From Paramecium tetraurelia (lineage: Eukaryota), in NCBI GenBank assembly GCA_000165425.1, contig CT868097.1, positions 6,867 to 70,866 of the forward strand: a stretch of 64,000 nucleotides of DNA, given 5' to 3'. Position numbers and translations under genes: made by a program. The stretch's first letter is position 1. Each line of letters begins with the position of its first letter. Below the pieces are notes generated by a model, which made no database searches, was not told the origin of the DNA, and saw nothing but the letters and a program-made list of their open reading frames with translations. Positions 41,022 through 56,100 of this stretch are shown here, in pieces.

Positions 41022-42570
41022 TCATGATCTGCTGCTACACATGCTTAGATACATCTTTAAGATCTTGTCAATATCCAATGATGATTGGGGCTCTTTCTTA
41101 AATCTAATTAATATTGAAATATTGAATTACCCTTTAACTCGATCAGTTTTTAAATTTAATCTCTGCTCCTCTTCATATGTTTGTTATTAATCTTCAATTG
41201 TGAAAGAGGGCATTGATTTAAACTATTCTAGTAATTTTACACTTCCATTCTCATCGAAATTTTTTGATTTAGAGCCATATTTACTCAATTGAATAGATTT
41301 AGGTTAAGGACTTTTTATTGCATTAAATTATGTATTTGAACTTTTTATTAGGTTAGTCAAACTAACTTGATTTCGTTTGTGCATATTTGTAGCATCTCTT
41401 AATGGACTAGTTTATTCATATATGATTTTCTTTTTTATATCATCCAATATGAGTGATTACTTTTTAGAATCAAGTGTAGTTTTATAAATATTAGGAGATT
41501 TGATACTCTAAGAAGAAGAATTATTAACATTGTTATTAGTATTAATTTGATTTTGTCTACCATTTGGATATTATTTATGAGTGATTAATGGAGATTGATA
41601 TTTTTGAATAGAATTCTGATCCACAGAAACACTAGATTTAGGAGATATTGATATTTTCAATTCTATCATATAAATTAATTAATTTACAAGCTTGTTATTA
41701 TTATGGAAAGCATCTCAAAACGAATGCAGATTAATAAATATCTTTGAAACAAAGTCTCATTGAAGGATCTTTTTGTAATATATTCTTTATCAATTCTTAA
41801 GCATCCTAATTAATTGAACTAGAATATCTAATTAATCCATTTTTAATATTCTATGAAATTTCTTTGTATTCCTTGCCTTTGAATGGAGCATATCCATGCA
41901 ATAATTCATACAGCAATACTCCGACTGACCAGATGTCTATTCTATAGTCATATGGCAAATCAGATACAATTTCTGGTGCCATATATTCATAAGTTCCACA
42001 AAAGGTCTTTCTCTTTAAATGAATATTTTCAGCACACCAACCAAAATCGCATAATTTGATATCATTATTATTATCAAGCAACAAATTTTCAGGCTTTAAT
42101 CATAAATCATAAATATATACTTTAATGTCTCGATGGAAAACATTCATTTCATGTAGATATTGCAATGCTTTACAAGTTTATATGAAATATTTGCAAGCTT
42201 CCTTTTCGTCTAATCTCTTTCGTTTTTATACATAATTATATAAATTCCCATTCTCTGCATACTCCAAAACCATATAAACATTTCCATGTTCAATAAAACT
42301 GTCATATAGATTTACTATATTTGGATGTCTACATTTTAAATGGACTTTTATTTCTCTTTCCACTCCTTCCTATTCATACGGAGTTTGTATATTGCATTAT
42401 TAAATGGATTTAATAGCATAAAGTTATTGTGATTTAAGATTCTAAACTAAATTGACTGTTCCAAAAGATCCAGTTCCTAAACTAGTCTTACCATTGGATC
42501 GTTATTTGGGTTCAAATTACAACATGGAATTAAATAGTCCTTTATTATAGCATTCTATCTTTCTTTGCAT
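41022..42570 (-). CDS. Aurora-like Ser/Thr kinase
   Basis: LGTGSFGTV, EREIKVHLKCRHPNIVNLY, HRDIKPENLLL, CDFGWCAE, RKTFCGTYEYMAPE and DIWSVGVLLYELLHGYAPF. Confidence 0.88.
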
Positions 42571-43013
42571 TTGTATTAATTAACTGACAAATTTTTATAA
42601 ATATAATCAATAAAATTTATAATAAAGTGACTAAAATATTGTTCCTTACTATATTATTATCTATTCATAATTCAATAGAACAATATATATATTTGACATT
42701 TTATGAAATTAGAAAAGTATTTTAACACTGTTTTGTATTTCAGATAACTAAATTTTGAAGAATCTGATAATAATCAAAAATATATTGATGAAATCATTAT
42801 CTATATTAATCTATTTAATTTATAAAGCGAATATAATTATAAGCAATTTCAATTCAATGTTAGAAATCATTAAATTAAAAAATGAGGCAATTCAAACAAT
42901 AATTTGTTTATTAAATTTTTAGTGAAATTTAGATTTTGTAATGTGTTAATCAAATATATATGACATAAAACGATTATTAATATTTTTATTTGTAAATTAA
43001 ACAAAAATTCTTG

Positions 43014-45344
43014 ATGGATAAATTACCAAGATAAATAAATGAAATGAATGTAGATTCTAAAACTTTGAATTCTCAAATAAGATCAACAAATACTAAACAA
43101 ATTCTTAATTTCTTCTCTTCATAAGAATTTACACCCGAATTATTGATATATTATTACATGGCAACTTTTAACGAACCAGGGCCTCACTAATATTTAACTC
43201 AAAAATTATTATAGATGCCACATACATTCATTGAAAATTTTATTCCTCAATTCAGGTAATTGATGATTATAAGTATTTTAGTTACTTAGCGATTAAAAAG
43301 GGCAGCAAAAGCATGGAAACATTTTTGGAAACCTTATGTTAAACAAGTATCGCAAATTTCCTTAAAATCAGCTGGTGTATTAATGCCTATTCTGAGAATG
43401 AAAAGTAGAATGAGGTTACTTGTAAACAAATCGAATTCTTTCAACGAGTAATAATATATAGTTGATATTTTTAATAGAGACTAGAAAAGTCAATGGTAAA
43501 TGGAGCCATTAAATATAGTAAGGAAGAAATACTAAAAAACATGAATAATGTAGAATTTCAAATATGTATTTATAAATAAAAATAAAATTTATAGAATTGT
43601 AAAACCAATTCTCAGAAAAAGAATTGAGATCCAGCTATATAGGCATGGTAGAAAAGTTAGTGATGAATTTGATCAAGTTGTCCTTAACCCTTAAATAAAT
43701 TGACCCTTCTGAAAGGAAACATAATCTATTTAAGGAAATTAAAAATACCAATAAAGCTTTAAAACGATTAAGAAATTAATATTCAGAAATACCATACTAT
43801 TGGGGAACTATGTTACCTTTCCAAAGGAAATACGAAGGTTAAGACCCCTCGAATCTGATTGTTAGGATTTGTGAAGAAGGTCACGCATGTTTCAATACAA
43901 AAACTAGAGTTCCTTATAGAATTTTGGTTGAAACAATTAGTGAAGAAGAAATAAAACAAAAATAAACAAAATTAAATTAGGATGTCTCGACAGATGTTGA
44001 TCAGGATGATCTATTACATAGAGAAATATCTGATGATCTTGAATCTCAACTCAGATATCATACTAAATGTAAACTGGAAGATACAATTTTCAACTAACTT
44101 CCAATTTATAAATATGATAAATCAACTAATTATGATGATAGTTTACCAGATTCTCCGAACAAACTTGAATAGAATTTAATTTAGAAGTCTTCATTTACTT
44201 CTCCTAAGATTAAACGAAGAAATTCTTGGTCGAGTCCTACAACCATAACGGACTTTGCTGTTACTTTGACTGAAACAAAACAAAGCAAAGAATGCGATGA
44301 TTTAAAAAGGCATTAAAGATAGAGAACATCTATTAATTTGCCAACTCCATCAAAAAATAATTAATTATTGAAGGAGATTAATTTAAAAGAAGAAGAATAT
44401 TTATTAGAGTAAGAAAAGAAAAGTAAGGAAAGAAAGAAAATTCTTGTGAAAATGCAGGGACCTTGGGGAGAAGATTGGGATCATAAGTTGGAATTGATAA
44501 AAGATTAATCTCCTTTTAAAGAATTTGAATCATATTAAATTAGAGCAATTATGGTTAAAGGAGGAGATGACTTAAGACAGGAACTTATGGCTATGTAAGT
44601 AATATAAAAATTGGACTCAATATTTAAAGCATCTGGATTAAATTTATATTTAAAGCCATATGAAATTATTGTAACATCTGAAAATTCTGGACTATTAGAA
44701 TTTGTTCCTAATACAATATCTATGGATGCAATGAAAAAATATTTGAAATCCAACAAGTTTAAGTCTTTGAGGGAATTCTTTAAATTCTATTTTGGAGAAG
44801 ATTTTCATTTTGCATAGAGAAATTTCATTGAAAGCCTAGCTGGCTATTCATTATTGACATATGTTATGTAGATAAAAGATCGACATAATGGAAATATATT
44901 AATTGATAATTAGGGTCACTTAGTTCATATTGATTTTGGATTTATTTTGTCGACTTCTCCAGGTAATGCAGGATTTGAAACAGCTCCATTTAAAATGACA
45001 TAAGATTATGTCGAATTAATGGATGGAACTAGTTCTAAAGCATTCAAATATTTCACAGAATTAATGATTTCTGGATTCCTAGAATTAAGGAAAAGCTTTG
45101 CTGCTTTATTATAAATTATTGAACTGATGATGGAGAAAAGCAACTTTCATTGTTTTTCTAACTTTGATATTAAGGAATTTAAAGATCGATTCAAGTTGCA
45201 AGATAGTGTTGAAAAAGTAAAAATTGGTATCTATATTTTTAGTGTAAAAAGAATGTTATAACATTAATTAATGACAGCATCAGTAATAAGAGAACATATT
45301 GTTATGATAAGTTTTAATAACTTACAAATGGAATTTGTCCATGA
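43014..45344 (+). CDS. Phosphatidylinositol 4-kinase III beta (Pik1-like)
   Basis: [84 protein letters not shown] and YDKFQQLTNGI. Confidence 0.93.
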
Positions 45345-45404
45345 TAGACTTACTAAATTTAAATCATATCAATTATCATTATGTTATTTATTATTATAAA
45401 CAAT

Positions 45405-48400
45405 ATGAAGTAGTCAATTCTGCTTAGAGATGAATAAAATTATGAATATGAAATAGATACAAGTCAAATTATTGGAAAAGGTGCTGTAGGCAAAGTCTTT
45501 AACTGTTACAAGAAAGTTGGAAATTAATCATTTGAATGCTGTGCAAAAATACATTTCAAATTAACAAAGATTATAAATATTACTTTATCAAATCAGGAAT
45601 AGGTAATCCGAGAATATGAAATCTCTGCAAGACTCTTAAAAATTTACAAAATCCCAATATTGTGACAATACATCATTTAGAAATTAACGAAGAAAGGTCA
45701 TACTTTACAATAATTATGGAAAAGTGCATCTCTACTCTTGATTAGGAGTAGAGGGAGAAATTAAAATATGAGGAAGATGAAATTCTTGATTTTTTAAGAC
45801 AATTTATTAATGGATATAAAGTTCTTTATGATTTGAATATTATTCATAGAGATATAAAACCAGCAAATATCCTTATATAATATTATGGAAATAAGAAATT
45901 ATATAAATTGGCTGATTTCGGAATAGCGTAATTTTGTGAATAAAATAATTTATGGTTAACCAAATTAGGATCTCCTATGCTTGCTTCACCTGAATTAAAT
46001 GTTCTGAATAAAGATAATAATCTAAGGTAAAATTTAGTTGGAATGAAAAAATAGCATTAAAGAAGTGTTGTTGATATGTACTCTGTACTTATTTCTTTAA
46101 ATAAAGCTTGGTATTATATTAAATCTCATGATCACGGGAGAATATCCATATAAAGATGAACATAATAGTATAATTGATTTTATACGTACACTTGAAAATT
46201 AACCTTTTAAAGTTAATTAATTTGATAGTGAAATAATTCAACTTTTGGTAGAAGGAATGATAGAGTATTATCCGGAAAAAAGAATGACCTTTTAATAGTT
46301 ATGTGAAATTTTTAATAGACTTTGTATTGTTCCAGAATATAAATTAAGAGATGCATTTAGCTCATAAAGCAACAGCATTAAACAAAATTAACTTAATTAT
46401 GCTTAATTAGACATTCCAATAAAATAAGTAAGTTTTGACCATTACATCATCCAAAATCATTTTTCAATTAGTAAAATTTTGATCAAAAACAAAACATAAG
46501 TATTCCATTTAATTAAAAACATTTGGCTCAATAAAATAACTTAAGTTTTCGACCAAAATTACAAAATTTGGCTTTTTAACAAATCCCAAGATTTCCAATG
46601 AATTATCAAAATTATGCTTATTAACAAATCCCCAGCTTTCCACACAATTAAGGAATCTAAAACTAATCACATAACTATGCTCCCAAACAACATCAAGGAT
46701 TTCCACCAAATTTTTCTTATCAATAAAACTAAAGCCTTCCCTAATATATTCCATATTAACAAACCCAATGGTTTCTACCAAAAGTACAAAATTTTGGTTA
46801 TTTCCCAGTTTATCCTCCAATTTAGCAAATTCCAGGCTTTCTGCCTAATTAACAAATCCCAGGCTTTCCACCTAATTAATAAATCCCAGGCTTTTAGCCA
46901 AAATAATAATTCTAAGGAATTCGATTAAATTTTTAAATCCCTTTTATTCCATTAAATTACCAAAACATGCCTTTTGATTAAAACTCAGGTTTTCAGTTAT
47001 GTAGATGATATATATTAAGTTTAATATATAAATTAAATTTTTTATAACAGAACAATAATTTCAAAATGTAAAGTCATCCTATGGTTATGGTTCACCCTAA
47101 TATTCAGAAGCAGAACTGTTAAATTAAAAAAACTCATTAAACTCAGAACTTTCCTTCTAAGTTAACTCAAGTACTTTAGAATTCATTATTTTATATAGAT
47201 GGGAGATTATCTAAGGAGCTTAATGAATGTTCAAAACATTTGGGAATTACGAGAGTTGATGTAATTCAACAAGACATCAATCATCAATCTGATCTATCAT
47301 ATTTAGAAGATCATATTAAAAATTATGATGTGATACTTCAAAAATTTATGTATGATTTGACTGCTATGGATGCCAGAATTTCAATGGTCAATCGTCGTAA
47401 TACATTTCTTAGAAAATAGTTGCAGGAGAAGAAATGAATAATATCTTCGTTTGTATTAATAAGGTGGAAGTGCTATTAATATCAAAAGCGCTTTTATTGA
47501 GTTGTAGAAGGAAGAGTTTAGGAGAGAATTAGATTACTGAATGAAGAAAAAATAGTAACTATGTCAATAAATCAAAATAATATAAAGGCTATTTTGAAAA
47601 ATATTTATTTTTATAATTATATTATGAATTAATTTATTATGAATATTATAAGATCTTTAATTGAGAATTGAATAGCTTAATAGAAATAAATAATCGTGTT
47701 TACATTAATTACAAGAACTAAAACAATTGAATTAATAAGTAAAATCGGTTAGGATGACTCAAGGATATAGTTTGATATATTGGAAAATAAAATCTAAAAT
47801 AAATGCAGCTAGTTGCTATTACTGAAGAGGAGAAACAGAATATATTTAAAGATTCAGAAAAAGTGAAATGAAAAAAAGGTGTTCAAACATTAAAATGACA
47901 ATTTAAAATAAGGAATAGTTAATCTATAAAACAAATGCTTATTGAGTCAAACTGAATTGTCTAAGGAATTAGAAGAGATGCACAAAATGAAGGAGAATTA
48001 TTTGATAAAGAGCAATTGATTATTTGATAGATGAAATATAGCTCTAAAGAAGAAGAAAGGAAAAATTCAATAATTGAAATAGATAGAGAGAAATAAGATA
48101 GCAATAAGAGAGTTTGAAATATAGATATAAAATAATTATTGAATTAAGAGAAGATGAAATTCATATATTGATCGAAAAAGCAAATTAAATGACAATCTTA
48201 AATGATAGATTAAGAAAAGAAATAAATAGTTTTAAAAATAGAATAGACTCACATGGAAAAGGAGTTGAAATAAGATATTGAAACTAATTACAGACAAACA
48301 GACGATTTTAAAAGATAAATTAGTGAATTGAATGATAATAATTCATTGCTTGAGTAAAAATTAACTGATCATGAAGCAGAATTAAGTTTAGCAAAATAAT

Positions 48401-49110
48401 CTCATTATTCCTATTTAAAAACATTAAGTATTAAAAAATCCGTTCATTGGCAAGGTAATGTTAAAATAAATTAGAAGAACTGGCTAAAACAAAAGACATT
48501 ATGAATAAGATTAGAATAGTTATAAGATGACTATTCTTATAAAATAAAGAATCTCTAATTGATACTGTTAATAGAGAAAGATAAGGAAGAGTAAATTCTG
48601 TTAAATTGTTAGAAGATGAAAATAAAATTGAAGAGAACTTAAAGTAGAGTAAAATTCTAGAATGTTTGAATAAGAAATAATAATTAATAATTTAAAGAGT
48701 ATGAATCATCAATTAACTTTAAAGTAAGTGTTATTTTAAATTTTTAGATCAAATGAAATAAGAAATATTTCATAAATGAATAAAGTCGAAAATTAAACAT
48801 AGAGTAAAAGGATAAATTAGCTGAATTTTTCCAAATATTCAATAATTTTTTTTATGATAATAATTGCAATATTGCAAAATAGTATTTTCATAAAATTTAT
48901 AACTATATTGAAATCTTCAAGAAAATCTCTGAGAAACAAATTGAGTTCTATATCAATTAGAACAAATGTGTGTGTATTAAAATTAGCAATTTATTATTCT
49001 TTTACAAATTCAGTTTTTTATAAATCTCTACTAGACAATAAATTCTATCAAAATGTTACTTCCTCTGATTCAAATTACCATAATAATCTAAAATTATTGG
49101 TAAGTAAATG
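45405..49110 (+). pseudogene. Ser/Thr kinase with Q/P-rich repeats and long coiled-coil tail, frame-disrupted (probable pseudogene; 3' end approximate)
   Basis: IGKGAVGKV, CCAK, IMEKC, HRDIKPANIL, LADFG and GSPMLASPE. A 2-nt insertion near 45623 breaks the frame, a former intron donor is mutated at 45549, and further TGAs appear in the tail. Confidence 0.65.
46823..46903 (+). repeat. 3 x 27-nt coding repeat (QQIPGFxP-N/K), with degenerate copies from about 46570
   Basis: tagcaaattccaggctttctgcctaat / taacaaatcccaggctttccacctaat / taataaatcccaggcttttagccaaaa. Confidence 0.85.
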
Positions 49111-50069
49111 ATTTAACTATAGATCTAAATTAAAAATTGTATCATATTTTCTTTATTTAAATTTTTAATAATTATCTCATATCATAAGTATTAATTAAAA
49201 CTATTCAAATAGAATAATTTCAAAGTAAAGAATAAGTAATTCAAGACCCAAGCAATTAATTAATATTGAATACCAAAAAGATAATTGATTATAACTAAGT
49301 ACTAAGATTTTATTAATTACTCGTACGGCTTTGTTAAAAAATTAAATACAAATTAAGAAAAACTGAATAAATGAAATTCTTTATTGTTTCAGAATAGAAG
49401 TAGCTATTTTAAAATGGAATATCCAAATTTTTAATTAATTTTAGTCTTTATACACTTTTAGTAATATTTCTGATATAATTATGTTCCCAATCAAATTAAT
49501 TATATTTATTATTAAAAAATTTTATCCTCTTAAGTTGTTAAATTTTGATGTTATAGAATAAGAGACATGATAAGTTGTATTCCTTAATAAGAATAAAAAT
49601 AAACAAAAGAAAGATTAACATCTATTGATTATCATTAATTAAATGAAATATGTGAATATATACATAATATTGTATTCTATATTGTACTTTATGCAATCTA
49701 TATATATATTTTTAATGTACTTGTGGTATATTTTCAAGTAATCTAAGTGAAAGAGAACAGATATAATGATTAAGTTACTACATATTTTATAATTATGTTA
49801 AAAATAAAAGTTAATAGTTTTCCATCAAAGAAGGAAAATTATATTAGATTGTAAAGAGTTGTAAAGATTTTAAGTATTAATTTACAACTTAATGACAGAA
49901 TTTGTGATGCTCTTATTTTTGTTAAACAAAGCTATTGGTTTATAATATGTCTGAACATAATACGTAATATAACAGATGATTAACCAATTAGCTGTTAAAA
50001 TTGAGATTGTATTTAAGTCTGTTCTTGCCAAGATAGATATTTTCATTGAATAAATAATATTTTGAAAAA

Positions 50070-51903
50070 ATGTAATTGATATTTCTATTCTTCTTGATTC
50101 AATGGATTAAATGTTGGAATGTTATAACTTCAAAAAAAATCATTGAGTCAATTAAGAATGACTCATTGATTTTAGAGGAGGATTATTTGATTGTGGCAAA
50201 TGGAAGCTATTCAATAAAATATGAGGGAGTGAAGGGGTATAGGAGATTACATATTATGTTTGATGCAAAATCAAATTTTAGTTAAGTAGAGATACTAATT
50301 AAGGTTAATGGTATTAAGAGAAATTTTCTGGTTGTAGAAAAAGATTTTACGGAATACCATATAGAATTTGAGCATTAGGCCCCCAATATAATAATACAGT
50401 TCATTCTTAGTGATTAAATATAATTTTCAATAAGGAACTTTAACTTATTTATTGATGAATGTCCATAGAATTGCAAATATTGTTTATCTGGATTTTGTGA
50501 ACTTTAGATATTAGATTAATGTGAAAAATTAAGATTTAAAGATTTATGCGTTGATGAATGCCCTAAAGGATATATAGCTGAGTTTAGAGAATGCATAAAG
50601 ACAAGTATATAATTTGAAATAAATGAGGTTTAAATTAACTGGGTTTAAATTAAAAGTCTGTAAAAAATGATTTTGGATTAACTAAGAAATTTGGAGAAAA
50701 TTAAGAATTACTAATTGATTTTTAATAAAATTTTGAAGGATATTTGGAAATATTGTTTAATTGTTATGGCAAATAGGAGGAACACTATAATTCGATTTTA
50801 AAGATTTCAAAAGAAAATGATCAACCTGAAACTATTCATCCTTTTCTCCCTATGTATTATAACACTTAATCATATAAATATTGTAAGCCAAGGTTCGAAT
50901 TAGATTGCATTTAGGTGAAGGGTTACTTTAAGATGGAATTTTAAGAACAAAACAACATTACTATTTATAGTTATTCAAAAAGTGTTGAGAATCCTGGATA
51001 TTGGATTATTGAAGAGATTAAACTATATGATAAAGAAATAAAATCTTATGATTGTCCAATCTACGAATGTGTATAGTGTTCATTTAACAAAGTATGTAGT
51101 AAATGCAATCAAAATTTGTATTTATATGAAAATTAATGCATAAAATAATGTCCTTATTATACAATATAAAAAGATACTTAATGCATCACTATTGATGAAG
51201 AATAACAATGTATTTTCTTTAATAATTATTTAAGATGTTAGTTTTCTTGTAAAATTAGTATCTCCATTTCAGAAATTTTAAGAAATTTTTGGCCAAAAAA
51301 CTTTTGACATGAAGGAATTGATTAGTTTTAGATATGAAAATCGGACTACTTTTATTGGAGGAGGCTTGAAAGACAGTTGGCGACGGACTACTTTCACAAA
51401 ATAATTAAATCTTGGAAAACATTACTAAATTAGATTGATGTTTAACATATCAATTGAGAATTCTACTTCAGATTCAGATTGCTTCACTTACACAATAGAT
51501 GGCAAAACATTTTTAGTGCATAAGAATGTATCTTACGTTGATCGTACACTTTATCATAATAAGAATATCCTTAATATGAATTTAGGATGTAAAATCTCGA
51601 GTAATGGTAGATGTGTAATTTCTAATTATTATTTTATGACTATGAAAGTAAGAATCTGAAATAATTTAGTGTTCTCCACTTTGTCTCTAATGTGTGGGCT
51701 CACTAGCATAAGATTGTAGAGCATTTCAAAAAGATATAGAAAGATTTGATTATTCAAAATTAAAATGCATAGATGGTTACTACTTAGATGAGAATGGATG
51801 TCAAAAATGTTCTTTTGGTTGCTTAACTTGTGAATCTTACAACTAGTGTTTAAAATGCAAAGATGATAAGGATGGACAGTTTTATTGTTCACCTTACAAC
51901 TGA
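50070..51903 (+). CDS. Cysteine-rich (furin-like repeat) secreted/surface protein without obvious TM anchor
   Basis: Signal peptide MQLIFLFFLIQWIKC. CPQNCKYC, CVDECPKGY and CIDGYYLDENGCQKCSFGCLTC. Ends CSPYN then TGA. Short introns. Confidence 0.75.
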
Positions 51904-52011
51904 TTTTTAATGTTAATTGTTTATTTTAAAAAATCTGAATTATATTTTAAAGGTTTATATATATCCATATAGAGGTGGTATAATAATAAATAAATAAAAT
52001 TAATAAGACAT

Positions 52012-52937
52012 TCATTTTTTATTATTACTAAATATTTTATTATTGATTCTTATATAATTTTGACATTTGATTGTGGATTACTTGCTAAATCTGTCTGTGT
52101 TTTGAGGGGATTTGTAAGATGGAATAGATAAGGCTGAATTCTTCTGTACATCACTTAAGTTCAATTTAAGTTAAGATTAAGCAATGTAAGATGGATTTGA
52201 ATTGCCAACATAATGTCTATGTAAAGGTGGTAAGATTTTCCTTTCATTATTTTACTTTTTGTATGGTCTCGGTTGTAATTATTCATCGCTCATTTATTAA
52301 TCTTAGTTGTATTGATGATTGAGCTAGATCAATTGAGATACTAATTTTGATCTCTTTTCTACAGTTAATCTGTGATTCTAAGTAATTGAAGATGACTTAC
52401 ATTGATTTGAAATTGCAAAGAATTTCTGTCCTGACAATAAGAGAGATATCTCAACAATCTGACAAAGTCAGTAGAATAATAATTGGACTCTTTGGCTTGT
52501 TCTCTCATTTTTCTCATCATTTCTCTAAAAGCTATTTAAATATTTTAATTTACATTGTGTAGCCTATTCATCGTACATAATGTGTTTAAATTCTTCTAAT
52601 TCAATAGATTCTAATAATATAGACATAGAGATACTGTTATTGTCTTTATCTGCTTTCTCAAAAAAACCTCTAAGCAAATTGATGTTGATCGGATAGCCGT
52701 TCTTGAGAAACATGGAGTACAACTCTTCAATTTCGAGTGTCTCTACAAATCTATATGGGTAGAGTTACTTGATTAATCTCTGTCGATTAAACGAAATGTG
52801 TTTGTGACAACATTGTCATTCATTATTTCACGTGATGATTTCAAATACTACAATTTAACTTTGGATTGACATCGAGAATTGAACCATTATTTGGATTGCA
52901 CTGAATGGAGTATTTGATCAGATGGTGGTAATATCAT
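52012..52937 (-). CDS. EF-hand calcium-binding protein
   Basis: FRLIDRDQSKTLEIEEL and FEKADKDNN.SIELEEF loops, each split by a short intron. Confidence 0.75.
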
Positions 52938-53141
52938 TAATATAATTATTGGAACAAGTATATTTCTATGTAAATTAAAAAAAAATAATTACTCAAATGG
53001 TAAGAAGCGAATATTCAAATTTTAATAGTTGGTGTCTTCGATGATGAAATTGATTATAATATGACAACAGAATTTATCAATATAATTTTAGTATATCTCT
53101 CTAGATTGATGTAATATGGATTTATTTATATAAATAACATA

Positions 53142-56100
53142 ATGAAATAGCTGTAATTGCTAGTTTTATCCATCCTTATGATGAAAATTCATTGTGGTAC
53201 TAGTTATCATCCGATCTTTAGGTTGGGAACTTTTTTAATCAGAGTTAATGGAAAGTTCAACATTTCATTTGTGGACCAATTCCAACAACATCCCTTCATC
53301 GAATTTGTTACTCGTTTGCGACTTATAACCAACTCTCAATTCAAAAATACTTTAAGGTGATATTTCTCTAACTCGTAATATCTTAATGTCTCCAATTAGA
53401 GGATTTAGTAAAATAAGAATCAGTTTCGATATCTACTATTTTGGTTTATGGAATTCTGTAGAGGCATTAACTGTATATGCCAACAGTTTGTTAGTGCATT
53501 ATGAAACTCCAAATAACAGTTAATTAGAAGACTATCCAATGAGATTTTGTATGTCAAGACCTTTTGGGAGATCGAATTCTGAAAAAATATCAAGAATAGA
53601 TTAAGCAATATCATTTAATGATCCTTAATTAAACATTGAGATTGTTCATGAGTAATATACTACTGGTTTGAACAGCGATTATGGAATAACAAATTTTGTA
53701 TTATAAGTCTTTTATTGTGACGATCTTTGTGAAGAATGTGATGAATATAAATGCTTGACATGTAAGTTAGGATATGAATTGATAAAATCATAATGTAGAT
53801 GCAATCCATTTATACATTATTCATTTTTTAATCCAGATTTGTAATGTCTTTATGAATGTCCAATTGATCATGTGCCTGATGAGAATGGTGTTTGTTAATT
53901 GGCAACAATAAACAATATCTATATGGATTTGGATTAGGATAACTTCAATATTTACAAATTCCAATATATTCCTGATAAATATTATAGTTCTATTTAATTG
54001 ATGACGCAAACTATTGGAACAAAGAGCGTGGCTGGTATGTTTGGTAATACAGACAAAATTGTGTATAATGACCTTTCATTACCTGCAAATGGGTAATATG
54101 AGATGAGATTTACATTGTACATGACTGGTCAAATGGGTAGTATGATGCTAGAAGAAATATTAATTAAATTCAATTAGTTTGTGGTCGTCAAGATACAAGA
54201 CTTTCAATTAGTTTTCTTATTCTCATACTTTAAGCAGGGTAATAGAGTAACACCTAAAGAAATTTGCAATTCTCCTGACTATTAATAATGTAAGTCATAC
54301 TCAATTTATATAAAATTTGATCTGGTAGAAACAGTCAATGAAATCGAATTCGATTCTAAATTTAGATTAAATAAGGCATCACGGAAATGGGGAATCAGAG
54401 ATTTCGTAATTAATGAGTATTAAATGACTAGTAATCAAATGAATTGCTTAAATAATTGTTATACTTGTAAATTCAATAAACTGAATATCTGTTTATCTTG
54501 TATGGGCAGTAGAAATCTATTTAAGGGGATGTGTATTGATTAATGCCCAGATTATACAAGTGCGATCAACAATGTTTGTGTTGATTCACAAATAGTCAAT
54601 AACAATTAGGAGTATCTGACCAATATGTTTCATGATTTGAATCATCAATACTTGGAGTCTTATTCAAATAAATTAAGTTTGAAATCATATACCTACTTTA
54701 TGAACAAGATAATTTTAGGTGGACTAAATTTTTGGAGCAATGAACAGGTGATACATAAATTGAAAAACAAGAGACCATTTTACAAAATAAAATTAGATTT
54801 CAAGTTAGTATTCATTGATTCAAAGAACAATCAAATTTAATTTAGAACAAGTGTAAATTCTGAAATTCCAACATATTCATTATTTGGAAGTGGAGTTTCA
54901 GTTGGTAATCAAATTGGTTAATCTGAGATTGAGGTGATTTAGAGTGTCAGTTATATGAAATCATTCTAATCCACTAATGAATTATCAGTGCAATTACACT
55001 GCATTAGAAATATTGACAGTGAGGCATATTGTGGGATATATGATTATAGGATTATCATTTGGACTTGTTAGGGCAATTGTTTAGAATGTGACGAAAATGG
55101 AAATTGTTTGAATTAAATAGATACTATAAGTACTGACTTCAATGGATGTAAGCTTGGATATTATATGAATAATAATGGGGAGTGTCTTATTTGTGATATT
55201 GGATGCAGTAGTTGTAATGGACACTCAGATTGTATTACATGTCTAGATGGATATGAATTGAGAAATAAAATATGCTATTGTTCGTCTCTAAAGGATGTGA
55301 TTGAATATTGTTCACAAACTAATTGCTTTCATAATTGTCAGACCTGTTTAAATGATAGAGTAGATGTTGGTGTAATACGTCCCAAACATCCCAATAATTG
55401 TTTATCTTGTGATGAATCCAAGAATTTATGGTTGAATGTTAATTAATGCATGTGTCTAGATGGATATTATATGGAGAATTTTAGTTGCTATTTATGCTAT
55501 CCAACATGTAGAAAGTGTTAAGACAGAGCTCGATATTGTTTAGCTTGTCTTCCAGGATAAAATAGAGTATTGGAATCATCCTCTTGTGAATGTCAATTAG
55601 GCTATTTTCAAGAAGATAATGATTTAGTATGTTCTAAATGTTCAGATCTATGTCTTAAGTGCAATTTTACTAAGGATCGATGTAGTTAATGTCATCCTGC
55701 TCACAATAGAATACTTGCAAATGACACTTGTATTTGTATGGATGGGTATTATGAAGTTGGTTAATTGATTTGTTAAAGTAACAATTTCCTATCATTTAAT
55801 AGTGTGTCCTTCTACTTGTAAAACCTGTCTAGATGCTAATACTTGTACCTCATGCCATGATAATCAATTTAGAGTTATGAGTATTAACAATAAATTTTGT
55901 ACATGCTAATCAGGATACTTTCAACGGTCTTCTGTTGTTTGCGGATGTACTCTAATTTATTTAAATCTTAGTGTGCCATATATCATGTCTAGAATGTTCT
56001 AATAACACAAACTAATCCTGTACTAGATGTCCTAGTACTAGGGAACCTCTGATAACAAATAATACTCTTGAGTTCTCTTGTAAATGTAGAAGGGGATATT

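Noticed and set aside
46509..46928. 103-aa and 104-aa ORF-track ORFs
   Set aside because: Off-frame or antisense readings of the Q/P-rich repeat region of the kinase.
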